Below are positions 19,427-27,554 of a DNA stretch of 64,000 bases, one piece after another. Source of the stretch: Pseudomonadota bacterium (GTDB lineage Archaea > Thermoplasmatota > SW-10-69-26 > JACQPN01 > JAJPHT01); the NCBI GenBank assembly GCA_021325135.1, contig JAJPHT010000007.1, positions 33,776 to 97,775 on the forward strand. Reading direction: 5' to 3'. Numbering within the stretch: position 1 is the stretch's first letter; each line of letters begins with the position of its first letter. The notes under the pieces are model-generated. The model made no database searches, was not told the DNA's origin, and saw nothing but the letters and a program-made list of their open reading frames with translations. Made by a program: the position numbers and the translations under genes.

Positions 19427-20116
19427 ATGCGCCTCTTCATGGTCCGCCACGGCGAGACCGACCACAACGTGCAGCGCCGCATCCAGGGGCCGCTCCTGGA
19501 CGACTCGCTCAACCCGCGCGGGCGCTCGCAGGCCAAGGCGCTGGAGGCGCGCTTCGCGGCGGAGCGCGCGAAGGGCCTGGAGATCGCGGCCGTCTACGCG
19601 AGCCCGCTGAAGCGCGCGTGGGAGACGGCGGAGGGAGTCGCGCGCGGCGCACACGCCAAGGAGCTTCGCCCCGCGCCGTGGCTCATCGAGTTCTCGTGGG
19701 GCGTCTACCTGGGCAAGACCGAGGAGGGCGAGACGCTGGAGGCCATGAAGGAGATGCACCGCCAGTGGACCGCGGGCCGCGTGGACCTGGCGGTGCCCGG
19801 CGGCGAGTCGCCGCGCCTCGCGTGGGAGCGCGCGAGCAAGGGGCTGTTCGCGGCGCTCGACGCGCACCGCGGGCAGACCGTCACGACGGTGGCGCACGGC
19901 CGCATCAACAAGATCCTCCTCGCGGGCCTGCTGCACCGCGACCTCGCCAGGATGGACGCCTTCGGGCAAGGCAACACGTCCGTCACGCTCCTGGAGCACG
20001 AGGACGACGCGCCGTGGAGCGAGGGCTGGCGCGCGGTCTACCTCAACGACAAGTCGCACCTGGCGGGCGTGGGCGAAGGCACGCAGTCCGTGGAGGGCGG
20101 CGGGCCGCTGGTCTAG
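19427..20116 (+). CDS. Histidine phosphatase family protein
   Basis: RHGET, SPL.RA.ETA, PGGES, VAHG. Confidence 0.93.
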   Translation: MRLFMVRHGETDHNVQRRIQGPLLDDSLNPRGRSQAKALEARFAAERAKGLEIAAVYASPLKRAWETAEGVARGAHAKELRPAPWLIEFSWGVYLGKTEEGETLEAMKEMHRQWTAGRVDLAVPGGESPRLAWERASKGLFAALDAHRGQTVTTVAHGRINKILLAGLLHRDLARMDAFGQGNTSVTLLEHEDDAPWSEGWRAVYLNDKSHLAGVGEGTQSVEGGGPLV

Positions 20117-20586
20117 GCGGCGCGCGCTGGACCAAGCAGCGACTCCACGTCGCCCAGCCGGAAGACGCTCCCCGCCACGAGCACCGCCCCCACGGGATAG
20201 AGCCACGACACGACCAGCGCGCGCAGCCCATAGGGCGCCGAGAAGAGCCAGCGCCCGTCAAGGAAGAACGCCAGGTCGAGCCACGCGAGGCCGAGCACGA
20301 GCAGCCACAGCAGGCGGCCCGAGACGGCGCGCACGCGCGGCTGCCGCCCCACGCGCACCATGACGACGCTGCCCGCCACGTCCAGCGCCAGCGTGAGGAC
20401 CAGCAGCGCCTCGCGCCACGCGACCCGGTACCCCAGGTCGAAGTCCGGCGGCGCGGCGCCCGGCCCCGCCACCGCGTCGCGCGCCTCCTGCTCACGCTCC
20501 TTCGCCAGCTCCTGGAGCGCCATGAGCGGGCCCGCCAGCATGGCAAGCCCGCAGAGCACGAGCACCACGACGTCCAGGCGGCGCAC
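20113..20586 (-). CDS. Membrane protein
   Basis: Four hydrophobic helices; GTG start inferred. Confidence 0.6.
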   Translation of the reverse strand: MRRLDVVVLVLCGLAMLAGPLMALQELAKEREQEARDAVAGPGAAPPDFDLGYRVAWREALLVLTLALDVAGSVVMVRVGRQPRVRAVSGRLLWLLVLGLAWLDLAFFLDGRWLFSAPYGLRALVVSWLYPVGAVLVAGSVFRLGDVESLLGPARAA

Positions 20587-20627
20587 AACGGAGACGAGGC
20601 GTCCGAGGTTGAAAAAGGTCGCCAAAA

Positions 20628-20696
20628 GCGGGGGGTTCGGGGGGCGGAACCGGGGGCGGGCACTCGTGCCGGAACGACGCGGCACCCGTGCCGGAA
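20628..20696. other. attL: half REP arm, core and GGCAC-N2-GTGCC palindromes
   Basis: GCGGGGGGTTCGGGGGGCG then GGCACTCGTGCC (20659) and GGCACCCGTGCC (20681). Confidence 0.75.
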
Positions 20697-20793
20697 AGGT
20701 CGCCCGGTGGGTCCAACGGCCCCGGTTGACCTGTCGGCACGAGGCAGGGCCGCGCCCTTCGAGGGGTCCCGTGGAACCGACACGGTGACCCCG

Positions 20794-21249
20794 ATGGACG
20801 CGAAGACCGAGACGATCCAGACCCACCCCCCGACCCTGCTGCCGGTGAAGAGGAGCCGCGCGGCCTACCAGGCCGGGCGCAGGAAGCACAGCTACCCCCT
20901 GGCGTTCAAGGACGAGACGGAGAAGGCGCGCTTCGAGGCCATGGCGGCCCAGGCGGGGTACGTCAGCTTCAACGCCTATCTCCTCCAGCAGTTGAGGAAC
21001 GCCACGTCGGGCGCGATCTACCCGCCCGAGTATGTGGACGGGCTTCGGAAGGAGGTGGAGAAGCTTCGCGCCTGGTTGGACCAGGCGCGGGAGGAGGCGG
21101 GGGAGCTTCGGAAGGACGGGAAGCTCCTGGCCGCGGAGAAGGAGACCCTGGTGTTCCTCATCAATGCCACCAAGGACGGGAAGGACACTCTGGCCGACTT
21201 CGAGCGGATGCACGGCAAGAAGGCCCACCGCGCAGGGGTGCTCGCGTGA
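20794..21249 (+). CDS. RHH-like DNA-binding plus coiled-coil protein (DUF5805-like integrase partner)
   Basis: EKARFEAMAAQAGYVSFNAYL then coiled coil; GTGA overlap with the integrase start. Confidence 0.6.
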   Translation: MDAKTETIQTHPPTLLPVKRSRAAYQAGRRKHSYPLAFKDETEKARFEAMAAQAGYVSFNAYLLQQLRNATSGAIYPPEYVDGLRKEVEKLRAWLDQAREEAGELRKDGKLLAAEKETLVFLINATKDGKDTLADFERMHGKKAHRAGVLA

Positions 21250-22856
21250 TCGACCCGAGGAGCCGCCAGCGCGTCCAGACCGTGACGGTCAAGCCCACTC
21301 TGGACAAGGCCCTGAGCAACGCGGCCCTGGTGGAGATGTGGGAAAGCGCCTGGGGCGGGGACCGCATGGGCCGCAAGGTCTTCTCCCGCTACAAGCGCGT
21401 GGTCCTCGACGCCATCGGCTACTTCCGCCACCCGGACGGGCGCGAAATCCCGGCCCGCGAGTGGACCAAGGAAGGCGTGTGGGACTACCTCCAGTTTGTC
21501 GAGAAGAACTACTGCGCGGCCTTCAAGACCGTCACGTTCGACCGTCCGACACCTCAAGGCGCGTGCGACAAAGGCCAATGGACGGGGCTCATGGACGCCG
21601 CGGAGGCGCTTCAGGCGAAGTGCGCCGCGTGCCCCCTGTTCGTGCGCCCCGGCGTCGAGCACCGCGTCAACGGCCTAGCCCACTGGTTCCGGCACCTCTC
21701 GATCCTGGGGGCGATCCCGTTCAACATCATGCTGGAGGTCCGCGACGCCAGGAAGGGGCAGGAGGTCGCGGCGCCCGCGGGCGAGCGCAGGCGCAACCCC
21801 ACGCCCGACGAGATGAAGAAGCTCGTCAACGAGACGGCGCACCCCGCGCGCCGCGCGTTCTACGCGATCAGCGCGAAGTGCTACTACCGGCCCAACGAGA
21901 TGATGGCCCTCGACCGGTACGCGAGCTTCGGGCTCACGATGCCCAAGGACGTGCCCCTGCCGCCGGGGTTCGACACCGGCTTTCCCTCGCATCCCGAGGT
22001 CGCGCCCTTCGACCAGGGCGGCGACATGGTGTACGTGCCCCGCAAGGTCACGCCAGAGGGCGTCGAACTCAAGGACAAGCGCCGGGGGAACCGGTGGATG
22101 GTCGTGGACGCGGAACTGCGGCCCATCGTGGAGCAGTTGTTCGCCTGGTGGGAGGCCAACGTCGCGCGCGACGAGAAGGGCAGACCGTTGACGACGAAGC
22201 TTTGGCTCAACTACCGCGGCTTCGCCTTGGAGCAAGATGACCTGTATTATTCGTTCTTCTACGACGACTGCTTGCGCCTGGGCTTGATGACGGAGGCGGA
22301 CCAAAAGGACCCCTTGCGCGTGTGGACGGCTCACTGTCAGCGCCACTTCGCGGAACGTCTGTCAGTGGAGTTGAACTTCCCGGACATTTGGGCGCACCAC
22401 TTCCGGGGAGACAAGATCGGCAGCGCGCGAGGCAAATACTACCAGCCCGAGCCCCTTGCCGTGCGGAAGGCCTACCACGAGTGGATGCCACGCCTCGGAT
22501 TCCTGCCCTTGGCGGAGGCGCCCAAGGCGCGAGAGGCCAGCGAGGAGGAAGTGCATCGGATGGTCCTCCGATCCATGCTGATGCGCGTCACGAAGCGGCC
22601 CGGGCACGCGGGGGAGAGCCACGTCGTCCACCGCCTCCGCGTGGAAGGCACGGAGTGGATCGTCCCGGCGAAGGTGCTCAGCAGCGTGCTCTACGCGCTC
22701 CGCAAGGCGGGCATGGTCGAGCCGAGCGTGGAGAAGGCCGACGGGCAGGCGCGGGAGTACGTGCCCCGTGCGGTCCTCGTGGCCCTTTGTGAGCGGGCGT
22801 TGGGCCTCCTTGATGCGCAGAGTCCGGCCCAGGGGGCGTGCGTGATGGTGGCCTAG
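21246..22856 (+). CDS. Divergent tyrosine recombinase/integrase
   Basis: YYRPNE (R), KRRGNR (K), HCQRH, FRGD, KYY; resembles the haloarchaeal RGD-type integrases. Confidence 0.82.
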   Translation: MIDPRSRQRVQTVTVKPTLDKALSNAALVEMWESAWGGDRMGRKVFSRYKRVVLDAIGYFRHPDGREIPAREWTKEGVWDYLQFVEKNYCAAFKTVTFDRPTPQGACDKGQWTGLMDAAEALQAKCAACPLFVRPGVEHRVNGLAHWFRHLSILGAIPFNIMLEVRDARKGQEVAAPAGERRRNPTPDEMKKLVNETAHPARRAFYAISAKCYYRPNEMMALDRYASFGLTMPKDVPLPPGFDTGFPSHPEVAPFDQGGDMVYVPRKVTPEGVELKDKRRGNRWMVVDAELRPIVEQLFAWWEANVARDEKGRPLTTKLWLNYRGFALEQDDLYYSFFYDDCLRLGLMTEADQKDPLRVWTAHCQRHFAERLSVELNFPDIWAHHFRGDKIGSARGKYYQPEPLAVRKAYHEWMPRLGFLPLAEAPKAREASEEEVHRMVLRSMLMRVTKRPGHAGESHVVHRLRVEGTEWIVPAKVLSSVLYALRKAGMVEPSVEKADGQAREYVPRAVLVALCERALGLLDAQSPAQGACVMVA

Positions 22857-23171
22857 ATCGCCGAGGGTGGCAGGTGGCCGGGCCCTTGTGCGCGCTCTCC
22901 GGGTTGGGCCTAGGCGTTCATTCTGAAAATACGCCTCGGAGGCGCGCTTGCTTACGCCCGCAGAGCGGAGCCTAGGGGCTTGCCGCAGTTGGGGCAGGCT
23001 CCGTCCAGGCGGGGGGTGGTGTAGGCTCCGCAGGTGCGGCAGGTTCGGCGGGGTCGGGCGTGGGGTCCCGCGATGGGTCGGGCCGCGGGTGGGTCGGGCA
23101 CGACGCAGAGACCACGGGCGCGAGGATAAACGCCTCGGTTCCTCTGCCCGGGGTGCTCACGGTTCGTGGGC

Positions 23172-23450
23172 CTAGGAGGGGCGGCCCAGGAGCGATTGTG
23201 CGCGTTCCACGAATCGTTCCGCCTCTTGCATCTCGGCCTCCGCTTCAGTCAAGGCGGCCTCCACGTTCTGTCCAGTGCGCCAGGCGTCTTGGAGGGTGAA
23301 GACGGCGCGGGCGGCTTCCGCCACGGCGCGGGCGGCAGCATCGCACGCCTCCAGGTTCTGGGCGAGGCGGGCCATGCGGGCGGCGAGGTCGGCGCGCGTG
23401 ACGAGCTCTTCGGCGGCGGGGAGGCGTGCGTGGGCTCGCTCCGGGCTCAT
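23172..23450 (-). CDS. Small helical hypothetical protein
   Basis: Coiled-coil-like; ATGA coupling to the upstream mini-ORF. Confidence 0.55.
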   Translation of the reverse strand: MSPERAHARLPAAEELVTRADLAARMARLAQNLEACDAAARAVAEAARAVFTLQDAWRTGQNVEAALTEAEAEMQEAERFVERAQSLLGRPS

Positions 23451-23540
23451 CGCGCCTTCACGGCTCGTGAAGGTCTTAAAGCGGTGGAGGGCGCACGCGG
23501 GCTGCTGCAAGCCCTGGCGGGGCCCGGGCCGGCGGTGGAG

Positions 23541-23696
23541 TCAGCCATGTGCTGGCTGCTCCTCCGGTTCGTGGTCGAGCTTCGCGCGTTCGATTCCCTG
23601 CCAGTCGAGGTATCGAAGCGCGGCTTCGCGCGTCATGGTCTTGTGCACGAAGACCGCGCGCCTGAGGTGGCGCAGGATGGCGGCCTCGTCAGCCAA
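23541..23696 (-). CDS. Small hypothetical protein (51 aa)
   Basis: TTG start with AAGGAGG RBS; LADEAAILRHLRRAVFVHKTMTREAALRYLDWQG; not in the ORF track. Confidence 0.55.
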   Translation of the reverse strand: MADEAAILRHLRRAVFVHKTMTREAALRYLDWQGIERAKLDHEPEEQPAHG

Positions 23697-24024
23697 GGGC
23701 GCGGGCCTCCTTGCGCGGCGCAGAGGTCGAGGCGATGGCTGCGCGTTCGTTCGCGTAGGCGCGCAGCGCGCCCGCGATGCGGGGCGCTTCCTCGTCCAGC
23801 ACGTCCAAGGCGTGCAGGACGCGCGCCGCGTCGTCCGGGTCCGTGGGCCAGGGTGCGAGGCCTAAGAGGATGGGCAGCGGGTGGAGGGCGTTGCCGAAGC
23901 TGACGCGCGAGCGGCGCCGCGTCGCCATGAACTCGCGGGCCTCCAGCTGGAGGCCGAAGGCTTCGAGGGCTTCGCGAGAGTCCCCGCGAAGCCACTTGTG
24001 GTTCCGCTCATCCGCCACGAGCAC
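23689..24024 (-). CDS. Hypothetical protein
   Basis: Protein-like composition; overlaps the next small gene. Confidence 0.55.
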   Translation of the reverse strand: MLVADERNHKWLRGDSREALEAFGLQLEAREFMATRRRSRVSFGNALHPLPILLGLAPWPTDPDDAARVLHALDVLDEEAPRIAGALRAYANERAAIASTSAPRKEARALG

Positions 24025-24901
24025 ACCCCCCGGGCACCAAACGCAAGCCGGGTTGTGTCGTCGTGTGGATCATCGCGCGGAGGGCGAGGCGGGAGGGCGC
24101 GGGGCGGGGCATGTGGCTTTGAGTCTCGCGGGCTTCTTGGCGTTTTAGAAGGAAGGGAGGGAACGCGTCCCCCTTCCTCCCACCCTCCGGTTTCGTGGAG
24201 GGGTGGTCTTCAAGAGGCCGAGGCCGCGCCAGGCCGGCAATGTGGGTCGGATGGGGGGTGGGTTTTTCCCCACCCACCCATGGGTGCCGCGCGTGGTCCT
24301 CGTGCGGCACGCTGGCCGTGTGGTGCTCGTGCGCGTGCTCGTCGTCCTGGGCGCGGCGCGCGTCGTCGTGGCCGTGGGGTCGGCGGCGAGGGGGCAGGAG
24401 GGCGAGGAGGAGCAGGGCGAGGCCAAGGGCAGCCGCCAGCTTCGCCAAGGAGTCCGCGCTGGGCGCGGGCGGGATCGTGAGCATGAGGCTCGCCAGCGCG
24501 AAGCTGGCGGCCTTCTGCGGGATCGTGGCGAGCGTGGGGGGCGCGGCGGGGGACGCGGCCGTCGTCGCGGGCCTCGTGCTGCGCGTCGTCCTGGGCGTGG
24601 AGATCCTCGCGACGGGGACAGGGTCCGCGTCGGCAGGGGGCGCGAGGGTCGCCCGGAGCGCGCGGGAGGCGTCCGGGCGGGGCGTGGGCGCGCGCTCGTG
24701 CGTCGTCACGGCGCCCGGGTCTTGGGAGAGGTCGGGCGCGTGCAGCGTGGGCAGGAGTGCGGCGAGGATGGCGGGCGGGGGGTCGCGGGGGTTCCAGGCG
24801 GCGGGGGCGCGCATCGGAGCGGGGCTGCTGCGGGCTCCAGATTTTGAGGAATGAGGGTACGTCCCCAACGGCTCGCGTCGAGCCTGGGACGTGGCATCGG
24901 G

Positions 24902-25223
24902 TTCCTGGGATTCGCTCCACCGCGCGCTGTATGTCCGAAGTAATGCCCTCCAGTAGGGGGCATTACATAGGGACCTCCAGCGGCGGTGCGAGACTCCAGG
25001 GAATCGAGCCGGGTAGGGAGTCAAGGATGCGGGCCTACCCGGCTCTTGAGCCTCGTGCAGATCGTGGCGGTTGGGGAGGCTGCGTCCGCCTTGGTGGTGC
25101 ATTTCCTGGCGTCGGCTGCCTTGAAATCGCTCCACCGCCCGTTGCATTTCCGAAGTAGTATTCCTAGGCGGAATACTACATACGAATGCAACGAAGGCGG
25201 TGCGAGACATCAAGGCAAGACGC
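24902..25223. repeat. Two tandem copies of a conserved structured motif
   Basis: TCGCTCCACCGC..TCCGAAGTA..TACATA..GCGGTGCGAGAC at 24912-24994 and 25127-25208, with different but base-paired stems. Confidence 0.85.
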
Positions 25224-26330
25224 AGACAAGGAGTCAAGGATGAGGCCTTGTCCGCGTCCGAGGGAGGTGCCAACGCGCTTCGCGCCGGTCGCCAGATCGT
25301 GACGCGCAGGGCCTTCAGCGCGTGCAGGGCCGGGCGTGCGGTCGTGCAGATCGAGGCGAGGAGCGCGCGGGTGAGGGCCGCGGCGCTCTGGAGCGTGACG
25401 GTGAACTCCTCACGGGCGAGCCAGATGGCGAGCATCGCTCGCAAGGTCGCTGGCGAGGCCATGAAGGCGACGTGGCGTCGTTGCGTGGGCGCGCGTGGAG
25501 CTGGGCGCCGTCACGGTGACGGAACTCGGGGTGCGCGTGGTTGGCCTCGTTGTTCCGAGTCGTTGAAAAAATTCTGAGTTGAAATTCGAGTTGCAGGAAG
25601 GGCAGGGCACGATCCCCTTGGCCTGGTGATCTTGCGGGCAGGGGCGCCTCCTCGGGCCTTCCGATTGTTCTTCAGAATACACTACTGGCCTTCGTAAACT
25701 ACGGCGTAGTGTATTCCGGGAACAACCGGGTCCCGAGGGCTCCTCCCCGCCGATCCCCGCCAAGGATTTTCCTTGCCTGCTCAAAAGAGGTCAAGATAGG
25801 CGGCTTTTGAGAGCGGGCGACCCGTCGAGGCGAGGGCGGCGCGCTCTGCACACTGGAGGCCGCGCAGGGGGCCCACCGGCAACAGGCCCAAGAAGACGGG
25901 AAGGGCGGAGCCGAGGGCGAGGAGGAGTCGGAGCGCGGGCGCCTGGTGAACGTCCATGCGCCCGAGGTAGGCCGTGGTCCAATGTCAAGGGTTTCGGTGA
26001 ACCATTCCACCCGACCATGCCCCGGAGCCATGTCCGGGAGCATGGTCAAGGAGGGCGCGTCAGGGAGGCCCGAGGCCAGCGCTTCCACGCACGGTCCGCC
26101 GGGGACACCGAAGTGGCACATTCCATAGGCATTCCCTTTGGGAAGGGGAATGCCTCTGGAGGCGCTTCGTCTGTCCCGGCGGTGCGTGGGCGATTGGCGC
26201 CTCTTTCCAAGTCAAGATGTGGGCCGGAACTTCGGCGCGTGCCAAGCGCCCACGCAAGGCCAAGCGAAGAGGAGCCACCGGGTGGGGGGTGGGAATGCCC
26301 CTTTGATATCTGCCTGGGTGTCGTGGGTGG

Positions 26331-27545
26331 CTACGTGGGGGCAACGTCCAAGAAAGTCGGGCGCTGGTCGCGGTGGTCGGCGGTGGCGAGGACGAGGGCT
26401 TGCACCGCTTCGCGCAACACGGCGTCCCTGGCGTGCTCGCCGTTGAACTTGGTGAGCCAGGGGCCGGCGTAGGCGGCGTCGGCGGCCTCTTGGGCGGTGA
26501 GATTCCCCGCGGTCGCCCGGACCCATGCCTGCTCGATGACGCTATCGGGGGTGGGGGTGTAGTTGGCGAGGTATCCCTTGTGGATTTCCAGGACGACGGC
26601 CCGGGTGGAGTTGGCGCGGAAGGCGGCCTCCAGCGCGCCTTCCGTCCAGCCCCGGTCGAGGGTTTGGTTGATGACGTAGGGGAAGAAGTTGTGCGCGAGT
26701 CCGTAGAAGAAGGAGTCGTCGGCGCCTCCGCGCTCGTATGTCACGGTCTGGGAGTCCGCGCGGACGTGCTCGATGTAGGCCAGCCCGGCGGGTCCCACCG
26801 TGATGACCTGCGAGGTCTGATTTGCCGCGGCGTCCTCGGCGGCGCGCGCCTCGGAGAGCCAGAAATCCGCCGTGGTGAGCCGGCGATCGGCGCGGCCAAG
26901 GGCGGTACCATCCGTGGCGTATGACTTCCCGTCGTCGTTTGGGTACGGCTCGGGGCCCGGCTTGGCGCTGGAGATTTGCGCGGGCCAGTCCACGTCCAGG
27001 ACCGCTCGGGCCTCTTCGGCAGCCAATTCCGCCAAAGCTAGGGCGTTGATTGCCTGCACGCTATGAGCCTTCGGTCGAAATGCCGTGATGTTCGCCTCCA
27101 TGGCGGCCGTCGCGTTGCGCACCTCGCCGGGAGCGTTCTTCCATGTCTGAATTTGAGTCTCGCGGTCGGGGGATGCGAACCCACGCGAGAGGGCGAATGC
27201 ATCTTCGTAGGCAAGTTCCGTGTCGTCGATGGCGAGTGTGATATTGTGGTCTTGGGCGTAGAACTTGGCAAACGTTGTCCCTGCGTAATCCCGAGTCCAA
27301 GCAGCAGTTTCGCCGCTAACATTCATCGCCGATGCGTTGAGACGGTCGGTCGCCGTGACCTCCCAGTCGAACTGACGCTCCAGGAACGGGGAGGTCGCGT
27401 CGACGGTGTGCAAGGGAGACAGAGGCGTCGGGGCGGAGAACGTGGGAGTTGCCGGCCCACCCAGATGCCCTGTTTCCAAGATGAGCACGATGGCCAAGAG
27501 AATCCCGAGGAGGCCGAGAGCTTCGGGAGGTACACGTCGACGCAT
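26331..27545 (-). CDS. Membrane-anchored/secreted hypothetical protein
   Basis: N-terminal hydrophobic helix; GGAGG RBS; lies directly after the 27555-29858 gene. Confidence 0.75.
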   Translation of the reverse strand: MRRRVPPEALGLLGILLAIVLILETGHLGGPATPTFSAPTPLSPLHTVDATSPFLERQFDWEVTATDRLNASAMNVSGETAAWTRDYAGTTFAKFYAQDHNITLAIDDTELAYEDAFALSRGFASPDRETQIQTWKNAPGEVRNATAAMEANITAFRPKAHSVQAINALALAELAAEEARAVLDVDWPAQISSAKPGPEPYPNDDGKSYATDGTALGRADRRLTTADFWLSEARAAEDAAANQTSQVITVGPAGLAYIEHVRADSQTVTYERGGADDSFFYGLAHNFFPYVINQTLDRGWTEGALEAAFRANSTRAVVLEIHKGYLANYTPTPDSVIEQAWVRATAGNLTAQEAADAAYAGPWLTKFNGEHARDAVLREAVQALVLATADHRDQRPTFLDVAPT

Positions 27546-27554
27546 GCTAACCTC

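Noticed and set aside
24902-25223. Canonical integron attC sites or a CRISPR/TIGR array
   Set aside because: No RYYYAAC...GTTRRRY boxes, no cassette ORF between the units, only two units, and the variable parts are self-paired stems rather than spacers.
24008-25462. 484-aa ORF as a single protein
   Set aside because: It runs through the covarying hairpins and has low-complexity composition; only sub-segments might be coding.
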